A stretch of 20,000 nt of DNA from the IMG/VR virus record IMGVR_UViG_649633079_000003, one strand, 5' to 3'. The notes under the pieces were generated by a model. That model had not been told where the DNA came from, searched no databases, and saw only the letters and a program-made list of their open reading frames with translations. Position numbers and translations under genes: made by a program. Origin of the DNA: an uncultured virus (IMG/VR IMGVR_UViG_649633079_000003). Taxonomy: Duplodnaviria; Heunggongvirae; Uroviricota; Caudoviricetes. This document shows positions 7,822-15,727 of the stretch, piece by piece (position 1 is the stretch's first letter; the number at the start of each line of letters is the position of its first letter).

Positions 7822-9444
7822 ATGGATGAATCAAGATGGTTTAAAACACTGAAGGAAAAATATGAAGCAGGGATTGCAAATACGTTTCTCATAACAGGTA
7901 ATATTGGAGATTATGTTGTGCCAGGTGTGTTGATTGTCGATTATCTGATACAGCAACTTCAAGAAATGAATGTTGATCGCATTGTCACCTTCAATTTTTC
8001 AGAGGGGAGCATTTTACATGCAGGAAAGCCTCTACATGGAGAAGAAGGCGAGCCGTCTCCTTCATATGTCCAAACCGTTAATGGGGATTGGGCTAATATG
8101 CTTAATGAAATGAAAAGACCCATCGGTAAGTCCGTGTATATCATTGAATATCCTGAGTTTTTGATTCCAAAATCCACTCAAGGATATTTGGATCATGAAA
8201 CAAAGAAAAGGCTTATTGATTTGCATAAAATGATGAATCACCGTGGTTTTTTGGATTCAGACCACATGCTAATCTTTGTGACTCAGGCACAGGCAGACGT
8301 GCATGAAATGTTTTTAAATGCAAACTCACGTACCGTTCCCATTCTCATCGAATTTCCCAATGTAGAAGAGCGCTTAGACATGATACGTTATTTAAGAGAT
8401 TCCAGTCGCAAATCTATTGCATGGGAGTTGTCTGAAACTCAATTTGCTAAATTAACTGCGGGGCTATCAAGGGTACATGTAGAAGATCTATATTTACTTG
8501 CAGAGGATAAGGGCATATTGGCTAAAGCGATGGTCATGCAACGTAAGGAAGAGCTCATTCGAAAAGAATTCGGGGAAGTGATTGAAATCTTTGATACGGA
8601 AGGATATTCCCTCGATGACTTTACAGGACAGGATCATATCAAAGAGTATCACCGAGAAGCGGTCATTCAACCGATCCTGGAAGGGGATACCTCGTTTGTA
8701 CCTAAAGGATTGCTCTATATGGGGCCACCAGGGACTGGAAAAACTTTTTTTGCTCGGTGTTTGGCAGGCGAAGCAAATATCAATTTCGTTGAATTTAAGA
8801 TGAGTAAAATCTTAAACAAATATGTAGGGGAAGCTGAACGGAATTTAGAGAAAGCATTTAACTGTTTTAAATCCTTAGCCCCCGTAGGTGTGTTTATTGA
8901 TGAAATTGATCAGGCATTGCAGCGTGGCGGTGATCATGATGGTAATCCCGTTAATAAAAATATGTTCGGCATGTTCCTTGCCTTTTTGTCGGATCCCTCG
9001 AATCGAGGACGAATTCTATGGGTTGGAGCCACAAACTATCCCAATAAGCTCGATGAAGCGTTGAAACGAGCAGGGAGGTTTGATAAAAAGATTCCATTCT
9101 TTGCCCCTACAGATCAAGAGCGTGTGCAAGTGTTTAAATATCACTTTGGCAAAACCGGAATTCCCTGTACAATTCAAAACTATGAGGTCTTAGCAAAAAA
9201 GACGGAAGGATACACACAAGCTGAAATTGAAAATATTGTAGTCAAAACCGTAGAGCTGGCTAAGCGTAAAAAATATGAAAATATTGATGATGTATTAGTG
9301 GAGTTAGCCATGGATTATATCATTTCTGCACAAAATCATCGGATTCAAGAAATGACGGAGATTGCTTTGGAAGAGTGTAACGATTTGGAGTTTTTGCCGA
9401 TGAAGCATAGAGAAAAAGTAAAAGAAAAACGGAGGAATTTATAA
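7822..9444 (+). CDS. AAA+ ATPase (classical clade) with degenerate N-terminal AAA-like domain, Ycf46-like architecture
   Basis: Walker A GPPGTGKT, pore loop KYVGE, Walker B VFIDEID, SRH ATN...LDEALKRAGRFD, lid TEGYTQAEI; N-half has EFPNVEER...LTAGLS lid-like motif without a Walker A. Confidence 0.93.
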   Translation: MDESRWFKTLKEKYEAGIANTFLITGNIGDYVVPGVLIVDYLIQQLQEMNVDRIVTFNFSEGSILHAGKPLHGEEGEPSPSYVQTVNGDWANMLNEMKRPIGKSVYIIEYPEFLIPKSTQGYLDHETKKRLIDLHKMMNHRGFLDSDHMLIFVTQAQADVHEMFLNANSRTVPILIEFPNVEERLDMIRYLRDSSRKSIAWELSETQFAKLTAGLSRVHVEDLYLLAEDKGILAKAMVMQRKEELIRKEFGEVIEIFDTEGYSLDDFTGQDHIKEYHREAVIQPILEGDTSFVPKGLLYMGPPGTGKTFFARCLAGEANINFVEFKMSKILNKYVGEAERNLEKAFNCFKSLAPVGVFIDEIDQALQRGGDHDGNPVNKNMFGMFLAFLSDPSNRGRILWVGATNYPNKLDEALKRAGRFDKKIPFFAPTDQERVQVFKYHFGKTGIPCTIQNYEVLAKKTEGYTQAEIENIVVKTVELAKRKKYENIDDVLVELAMDYIISAQNHRIQEMTEIALEECNDLEFLPMKHREKVKEKRRNL

Positions 9445-9806
9445 TGAGAAAAATGAGCCCAGAAGAAGCTGTAAAGATCATTGCATTAGAAGATCACGTA
9501 TCTATTGTTTTCGAAGAAGGGTTTGAAGATCATAGTCAAACCGCCAATGAATTTAGAGATCTTTTAGGAGAGAACCATTTTGAGAGAGCATGCATTGATG
9601 CACTCTTTGGGGGTCAATATCGGTATGAAACGTTTCTCAAGCAAGACAAATTCGAACGTAACAGCATTTTGGATATTGTAAGGTTTGGTGATTGGAGCTA
9701 TATCATACTGTTCGATCAGCAGCATCCAACGGATGAAAAACTTTATGTAGGTATTCAAAATGTGAATAAAGTGAGTGAGGAAACGGAGAATCATCCAGCT
9801 CCTTAA
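9444..9806 (+). CDS. Hypothetical acidic protein, 120 aa, coupled to the ATPase gene
   Basis: GGAGG SD inside the ATPase 3' end; TAATG overlap. Confidence 0.85.
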   Translation: MRKMSPEEAVKIIALEDHVSIVFEEGFEDHSQTANEFRDLLGENHFERACIDALFGGQYRYETFLKQDKFERNSILDIVRFGDWSYIILFDQQHPTDEKLYVGIQNVNKVSEETENHPAP

Positions 9807-9938
9807 TATGAGGAAATACGTTTGCACCTAAATAAAAAGATCGTATTCTATACTATTTATGGTTAGCGGCTGTATTGATGAGGGTCGCAATCCAATCTAA
9901 CTATGATGTAAAGGGATTGAAAACTTAGGTTAAGATGC

Positions 9939-9962
9939 AGAGGATGGAAACATCCTCTTTTT
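9939..9962 (+). terminator. Intrinsic terminator
   Basis: AGAGGATG-GAAA-CATCCTCT plus T run. Confidence 0.85.
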
Positions 9963-10055
9963 AAATAATTCATACATGATCAGACCTGAAACCGATTGCT
10001 TGCATCCGTTAAACAATTATACTGATGGAAAGTCGAAGAGAAAAAGAGGTTGTTT

Positions 10056-10589
10056 ATGACAAAAGAAAATTTGAGAGCAGGGATTCAATTTATACTGGAC
10101 AAGGAAATTGTTCCAACAGAATTTGTGCACCATTTTGGTAAATCCTATGTTTTTGATTTGAAAGAAACGTTAGGTATTCAGATTGTATTTGACAAAAATA
10201 CCTGTTGTGTATATACGTATATGGGGTTTGATATGTTTATGTGCTTCCATAAGCCAATAGGAGATAATGAGCGGTTGGAGAATAGTGTTTGGTATAAATT
10301 ACAGTATAGAGCTGATCGTAAGCTACTAAAGAGGTTAGTGCAGTATATTGAAAAGTTAAAATTGAAAGGCATACTTTCCTACTCTAATCATATTGTACTC
10401 GATTCAAAAGGAACGTTTCTTGGAAAGGAGCTTTTGGATTATATAGAAGAAGAAAATATTGAAGCCATAGAACGATATATAATCCAAAGACCTCATCATT
10501 TATTTTATTTTACAAGAGGAGCAATAAAGGATCTCAAAGATATAAAGGATAAGTTAAAATATAAGAAAAAATTATTGGAATCATTCTAA
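10056..10589 (+). CDS. Hypothetical protein, 177 aa
   Basis: AAGAGG SD spaced to ATG 10056. Confidence 0.8.
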   Translation: MTKENLRAGIQFILDKEIVPTEFVHHFGKSYVFDLKETLGIQIVFDKNTCCVYTYMGFDMFMCFHKPIGDNERLENSVWYKLQYRADRKLLKRLVQYIEKLKLKGILSYSNHIVLDSKGTFLGKELLDYIEEENIEAIERYIIQRPHHLFYFTRGAIKDLKDIKDKLKYKKKLLESF

Positions 10590-10592
10590 CAG

Positions 10593-10625
10593 AACCTTCA
10601 AGGGTATTTACCTTGAAGGTTTTTT
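10593..10625 (+). terminator. Intrinsic terminator
   Basis: AACCTTCAAGG/CCTTGAAGGTT perfect stem plus T run. Confidence 0.88.
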
Positions 10626-10643
10626 ATTTGATTAAAAAGAGTA

Positions 10644-10679
10644 ATTTTAATTGACTCGTTGACTATAGTCAATTAAAAT
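10644..10679. promoter_or_regulatory. Sigma-A promoter within a perfect inverted repeat, with internal palindrome
   Basis: ATTTTAATTGACT-N10-AGTCAATTAAAAT; TTGACT-N17-TAAAAT; TTGACTATAGTCAA palindrome at 10659-10672. Confidence 0.7.
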
Positions 10680-10719
10680 ATAATTATTAACTATGTTCTT
10701 GTAGGAAAGGAATAGGATA

Positions 10720-12090
10720 ATGAAAGAACTTTTCTCGTTTTTAGATGAAGCATCTAAGGTGCGTCTGCACACCTTGTTAAGTCAATATATTAGTCGGCAT
10801 TTAAAGAAACAATTTCCTGTGCCTACAGTTGAAATGTTTAATGAAGTGAATCGTACTGAATTCGCAAAAGAAATTCTAAGAAAAAATGGACAGTCTACAA
10901 CTTTTCTCATTCATAAATATAAGTACAAAACGACTCGCACATATACGGAAAGTGAGTTTTTCGAAGACATTGTTCAATATATTGATTTGAAAATTCCGCT
11001 GTATTATTATCGTCAAACGATGCTACACCCCAAAGATGACTGGATTCGCTTCAAGAAAAGCTACAAAGGGATTCGGATGTTTCCAGGCTTGAAATTTAAA
11101 TATCATCAAAATATTGAACGTGAAAAACATTGGATTCAGCACACCTTGCTTTGTCGTGATGCAAAGGATCATACAAACAGTCAATCAAGGCATGATCCGT
11201 TAATTCAGCTTGAGTTAAAGCCTATTGTTGAACCTGGAAGTAAGGCGAATCAAAAACAAATCAGAGTGATCCAAAATCTATGCAGGAAAATGGGAATAGC
11301 CATCACGAATTTACATGTTCTAAAGAAAAATACAGCAAGTGCGCTGATGGGGAATTTAAGTAGAGGGATTATATATGCTCCTTTATTCCAGGAAAAGAAC
11401 CTCGATCTTGCTTTTGCCAATTTGCAGAAGGTAGCCGATACAGGAGACAGTCGAAGACGTGGAGACTTTGAGGCGAATTTGTTGTTTCTTGAACAGCGTA
11501 AACATGCATATACAAACTTAAATAAGGCAAATACCAAGAGTGTACTTGTTCGTCCTTTGCTTAGAATGCTTGGATACGATACTGAGAATCCTACGGAAGT
11601 TTATGAAGAATTCCCCTGTGGAAATCAGTTAATTGATTTTTCCATTATGAAAGATGGAAAACCTTTCATTCTAATTGTTGTGAGCAGTGAGAAGCGGGGA
11701 TTTGAAGATCGATATCAAACGGTTTTGAATAAAGCGCCATCCGCTGCTTATATCATTCGAACCAATGGAAGCGAATATCTTATTTATGGGATTAAAGAAG
11801 GAAAAGAGATTTATTATTTGGATTCAGCAACTCTGAGCGTAAATAATCATAATGTCCCTTTGTTACAGAGCTTTGCAAAAGAAAGTATCTTTAAAGAGGA
11901 TGAACCGCGACTGCTCGTGCATCTAAAGGAAGAAGCAAACCGAATCCTGCAAATTGGACAAGTAAAAAGCATGATTAAAAGTCCACCCAAAGAATTGCTT
12001 GATGTATTCACCAAACAAGGAATAAGCAAAGGATCAGTGATGTCTGTTTTTCATAAGGCAATCAATGAGTTTAGTCAAGAGTGTAAATAA
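10720..12090 (+). CDS. Multidomain protein with HsdR_N-like (PD-(D/E)xK fold) domain, probably inactive
   Basis: NTKSVLVRPLLRMLGYD..NPTEVYEEF...IDFSIMKDGKPFILI...IRTNGSEYLIY matches the type I restriction HsdR N-terminal-like family; IExK is replaced by IVVS. Confidence 0.8.
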   Translation: MKELFSFLDEASKVRLHTLLSQYISRHLKKQFPVPTVEMFNEVNRTEFAKEILRKNGQSTTFLIHKYKYKTTRTYTESEFFEDIVQYIDLKIPLYYYRQTMLHPKDDWIRFKKSYKGIRMFPGLKFKYHQNIEREKHWIQHTLLCRDAKDHTNSQSRHDPLIQLELKPIVEPGSKANQKQIRVIQNLCRKMGIAITNLHVLKKNTASALMGNLSRGIIYAPLFQEKNLDLAFANLQKVADTGDSRRRGDFEANLLFLEQRKHAYTNLNKANTKSVLVRPLLRMLGYDTENPTEVYEEFPCGNQLIDFSIMKDGKPFILIVVSSEKRGFEDRYQTVLNKAPSAAYIIRTNGSEYLIYGIKEGKEIYYLDSATLSVNNHNVPLLQSFAKESIFKEDEPRLLVHLKEEANRILQIGQVKSMIKSPPKELLDVFTKQGISKGSVMSVFHKAINEFSQECK

Positions 12091-12103
12091 TAGCGGATAT
12101 CAT

Positions 12104-12134
12104 GAGGGAATCTTTAAGCTGGGATTCTCTTTTT
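12104..12134 (+). terminator. Intrinsic terminator
   Basis: AGGGAATCT/GGATTCTCT stem plus T run. Confidence 0.7.
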
Positions 12135-12371
12135 GCTATGGGACTGGTTTATATGCATATCGTTTATTCCTCAAGAACATAAAGCATTTTATTTTTAGTT
12201 CCCTTATAATTATAATAAAAGCTTTTGTGTGCGAACAATAAGAGTATGAGTATGGTTTTCATGATGCTATTAGAATCGCATATAAGAAGAAGTAAATATG
12301 AAAACAGGTATTGCAATAGTGAATCAAGATCAATAAAAGTCTTCGCAATGAATAATAAGGAGTGTTTGTGC

Positions 12372-12893
12372 ATGAATTTTTCAGATATCCCGCAATTTAC
12401 AAGATTCGGTACATGGGAGTGCAACTTTAGTTTAGTGAGTTTTGTTCGATTCATTGAAGAGGCAGAACGAGATGAGGGGCTGGAAATGAATCCTGATTTC
12501 CAAAGGGGCCATGTTTGGACAGAAGAACAACAAGTTCGATATATCGAGTTTTTGCTTCGGGGTGGAAAAACAGCCCGAACCATTTATTTGAATCATTCTC
12601 ATTGGAATAAAAGAAGTGACACTTCATCTGAGTCGTTCTACGTATGTGTTGACGGATTACAAAGGGCTACAGCTATTAGAAGATTTGTCAACAATGAAAT
12701 TCGAGTATTCGGTTTGTTATTTAAAGAATTTGAAGGAAGTCCACGTATTGTGCAAGGAGTTTTTATTCATGTTAATGATTTACCCACGAGAAAGGAAGTT
12801 CTTCAATGGTACATCGAATTTAACAGTGGAGGCACGGTGCACAGTGAGGAAGAAATTAATAGAGTAAAAGAACTACTTGAAAAGGAGCAATAA
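12372..12893 (+). CDS. Stand-alone DUF262 (GmrS/ParB-Srx superfamily) protein, 173 aa
   Basis: PDFQRGHVWT..QQ..YIE, VDGLQR and FIxxN-like YIEFN motifs; AAGGAG SD supports ATG 12372. Confidence 0.9.
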   Translation: MNFSDIPQFTRFGTWECNFSLVSFVRFIEEAERDEGLEMNPDFQRGHVWTEEQQVRYIEFLLRGGKTARTIYLNHSHWNKRSDTSSESFYVCVDGLQRATAIRRFVNNEIRVFGLLFKEFEGSPRIVQGVFIHVNDLPTRKEVLQWYIEFNSGGTVHSEEEINRVKELLEKEQ

Positions 12894-12947
12894 GCTCTTC
12901 AGTGTGAGGAAGGCTTCAACCTGTTATTTTCTTAATACGGTATCTCG

Positions 12948-12978
12948 AAAAGACCTCTTGTGTTAAAGAGGTCTTTTT
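12948..12978 (+). terminator. Intrinsic terminator
   Basis: AAAAGACCTCTT/AAGAGGTCTTTT perfect stem. Confidence 0.88.
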
Positions 12979-13089
12979 CCTTTTAAAATTTCATCCTTCG
13001 CTTAGTAATAAACAGGATAAAGGTATGTAACACAAAGATTATAACATAAAGGGATTTTTGAAAAAATCAATCAAAAAGGAGATACTAAG

Positions 13090-13408
13090 ATGAAGGTTGT
13101 TGTAATGATTGAAGTGTATGAGGACGTAGTTGGAGAAGTAACGGTTTTCGCGGGGAGAGAGGCAGCAGATAAAGCGAAATAAACTTTTAAAGCATTCACC
13201 TCTGTTTCCTATGAAGACTTCGTACAAGCAAAAGAATTGGGAACAGCAGAAGAACTATTAGGTGACTATATAGGTACAAAATTGACGTTCACTGAGACAA
13301 ACGGAGCACCAGAGGTTACGATTCATCTACACAGGTGGAATAGCGGAATGCTCTTCGGAGGAAAATCCAGATAACATTATTATTCATATTGAAGGGTCTA
13401 TAAACTAA
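13090..13408 (+). pseudogene. Disrupted hypothetical gene (~105 aa)
   Basis: AAGGAG SD, MKVVVMIEVYEDVVGEV...; in-frame TAA at 13180-13182 with open frame continuing to 13374; probable extra frameshift near 13333 extends it to TAA 13408; terminator follows. Confidence 0.7.
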
Positions 13409-13450
13409 AGCATTCAAACGAAAAATGATAAGAAACAAATACCATTTTTT

Positions 13451-13481
13451 AAAAGAGAAGGCGTTAGAGTCTTCTCTTTTT
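13451..13481 (+). terminator. Intrinsic terminator
   Basis: AAAAGAGAAGGC/GTCTTCTCTTTT stem. Confidence 0.85.
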
Positions 13482-13482
13482 C

Positions 13483-13511
13483 TTGATTACATATTTACTA
13501 TAGTGTAAAAT
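13483..13511 (+). promoter_or_regulatory. Putative sigma-A promoter with ACTATAGT palindrome in the spacer
   Basis: TTGATT-N17-TAAAAT. Confidence 0.5.
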
Positions 13512-13621
13512 TATTAATCATTGACTACAAAATATAAATTTATAAAGGGTACTTACTGCATAAGATAAATATATTTTAAATCAAAGGTGTTAACAAAACA
13601 GTTTAAAAGGAGCGGTTATTT

Positions 13622-14920
13622 ATGGATATGACACAAGTCTATTCCTATTGTCAAGCAGCTAAATATGTGAGGAAGATTCAAAACTGTAACAAAAAAGAAT
13701 TTGAAGATCGTATTCGTAAAGCTTTTGGGAGAATTAACAACATTCAAATTTCTCATGAATACCTTGATGATTCGATGATATGCTGCACTTGTATAGTAGA
13801 TTCATTTTGTAATGATATTTACCTTTGTGTTGATATTACGAAAAAAGATGGAAAGATTTCCGTTGTCCGAGTTTCAGTATCTGTAAATTATTGTTTTTAT
13901 TTAGATCCGAAGTCCTTTACAAAAGTTGTGCATGTTAGTCATGACGATTTAGACGGAAGATCTCCACTGATCCTATCGCGAATAGCATTCAGCGACAAGG
14001 AGTTGATTACAAAGGCTTGTTCATATAGTAGGGTGGACGAGATCGTCAAAGATATGCTGAATAACGAATTGGAAAAAGAAACGACTCTTATGTTTATTAC
14101 AGATATCAGTCCAAGTCCAGAAGTTCTAAGTAGAATACATGATATGGTGCAGGAAGGTTATCGCATCCTTTTACTGGATCACCATGATGCAAAACCAGAG
14201 GTTCCAGTGTCAGAGTATAAATCTTGGATGAAATTGGATCAGACCTATCCTGATGGACGTGGTACGGCTGCTACAGGCATGTATTATGATTTCCTGTGTG
14301 CAAACGATTTGATTAAACCTACTCCAATTTTAGAAGATTATATCGAACTTGTTCGCTTGTTTGATACATGGGAATGGGAAGAACCTGAAAATCTTCGTGC
14401 TAAACGTTTGAATGACTATTTCTTCATGTCTCACTGGGAAGAATTTGATAAACAAGTCTTACTTCGTTTAACAAGCCCCGAAATCATCCGAGAGACTACG
14501 GCACAATATGAAGCTGGTGTTCGGACATTGTTTACATTTGATGAAAACATTGAATATATGTTAGACGTGGAACATAAACGGATTCAAGGGTACTGTAAGA
14601 AAAAGAAAAATCAGATGAAGTTGCTTCATGGGAACGTAGATAGTACCGATCGGATGTACAAGTATGGTGTCGTTTTTGCCGAAAAATATCAATCTGAAGC
14701 TGGGAACTTTCTCTGCAAAGAATTCATGGATGAGATGGACTTTGTAGTATTGATTGATGCTGGCAGTAAAAAAATGAGCTTGCGTCGTCATAAACACAAG
14801 CCTGTTAATGTGGGTGCCATTGCCCTAAGTCTTGGCGGGGGCGGTCGTCCAGCTACAGCAGGTTGCCCATTGAATGAAAAAACAAAGCATCTATTTTTAG
14901 ATCCATTATTGGTCTTTTAA
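13622..14920 (+). CDS. nrnB: NrnB/YngD-like DHH-DHHA1 phosphoesterase (nanoRNase) with N-terminal extension
   Basis: SHDDLDG, ITD, LDHH motifs; YPDGRGTAAT and LVRLFDTWEW...AKRLNDYFF closely recall B. subtilis YngD/NrnB; SLR and GGGG(R)xxxAG DHHA1 motifs. Confidence 0.88.
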   Translation: MDMTQVYSYCQAAKYVRKIQNCNKKEFEDRIRKAFGRINNIQISHEYLDDSMICCTCIVDSFCNDIYLCVDITKKDGKISVVRVSVSVNYCFYLDPKSFTKVVHVSHDDLDGRSPLILSRIAFSDKELITKACSYSRVDEIVKDMLNNELEKETTLMFITDISPSPEVLSRIHDMVQEGYRILLLDHHDAKPEVPVSEYKSWMKLDQTYPDGRGTAATGMYYDFLCANDLIKPTPILEDYIELVRLFDTWEWEEPENLRAKRLNDYFFMSHWEEFDKQVLLRLTSPEIIRETTAQYEAGVRTLFTFDENIEYMLDVEHKRIQGYCKKKKNQMKLLHGNVDSTDRMYKYGVVFAEKYQSEAGNFLCKEFMDEMDFVVLIDAGSKKMSLRRHKHKPVNVGAIALSLGGGGRPATAGCPLNEKTKHLFLDPLLVF

Positions 14921-15033
14921 GTTGAATAAAGAATACAAGGGAATTGAGACCAACATCTCTTTTCCCTAAGAGAAAATATATGAATTTGCATACAGGATAA
15001 ATAGAGCTCAGACAGAAAGGAATCGATTCGATA

Positions 15034-15696
15034 ATGGTACAGTTTCCAGATAAATGCCCTGCTTGTGGAGGTTCTTTTGAGAAAGTTCATGATACTCACA
15101 ACCAATGTGATACGTGTGAGCTGGCTATGCTTAATGGTGTATATGTTTTAGAAAATGAACATGATAGGGGCTATCATGAGGTTAGAATCCTAAACAATAA
15201 GATTTATGATCCTGAAAAAATCGCAGTATCAGATCGTGAGATCGTTTCGTTTTTAGATCGATGGCTTGTAAATGCAGGCGCATTGAAGTACGATGCATCC
15301 GCCATTGAGTTGGTGTCAAAACTTATACCACATTTCAGCTATGAAGGTTCATTATTTCGAGGATTTTACCATCCTTTTGTAATTATTAGACGGCAACAAA
15401 CGGTTCATTGTATTGAATCATGGTCGAAATCAAGATGCGGTATTCAGAACCTGGAAAACTATGCTCAAATCGCATTCGGGAATGTGAACAAAGAAGACGG
15501 AAGTGTGGAGACTTACACGCCTGAACAATTTATAGAGTCGAATATAGATCTTCAAAAGGAACCTTTTGATCATGTTATTGAAGAGGAGTTTGAGGGTCTG
15601 GATCTTGTCAGGTTGGCCCACTATGTTAACTATCGTTCTGACTTTCTTCAGCTTCTGGAGGATGTCGAAGAGGTGCTGGTCATTCAGAAATGTTAG
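15034..15696 (+). CDS. Zn-ribbon plus putative ADP-ribosyltransferase-fold protein
   Basis: CPACG...CDTC at N-terminus; LFRG, ESWS and C-terminal EDVEEVLV in R-S-E order; GAAAGGA SD. Confidence 0.6.
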   Translation: MVQFPDKCPACGGSFEKVHDTHNQCDTCELAMLNGVYVLENEHDRGYHEVRILNNKIYDPEKIAVSDREIVSFLDRWLVNAGALKYDASAIELVSKLIPHFSYEGSLFRGFYHPFVIIRRQQTVHCIESWSKSRCGIQNLENYAQIAFGNVNKEDGSVETYTPEQFIESNIDLQKEPFDHVIEEEFEGLDLVRLAHYVNYRSDFLQLLEDVEEVLVIQKC

Positions 15697-15727
15697 TCGA
15701 ATACGTAAAAGAACAGGAGCATGTATA

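Noticed and set aside
10720..12893. Complete restriction or phosphorothioate (Dnd/Ssp/GmrSD) defence operon
   Set aside because: The genes are separated by a terminator, and no methylase, specificity, helicase, HNH or Dnd/Ssp modification genes are present
15566..15727. N-terminal extension of the 485-aa ORF (similarly 12225-12371 and 17083-17160)
   Set aside because: Overlaps the upstream gene or leader region; the downstream starts have proper SD sites
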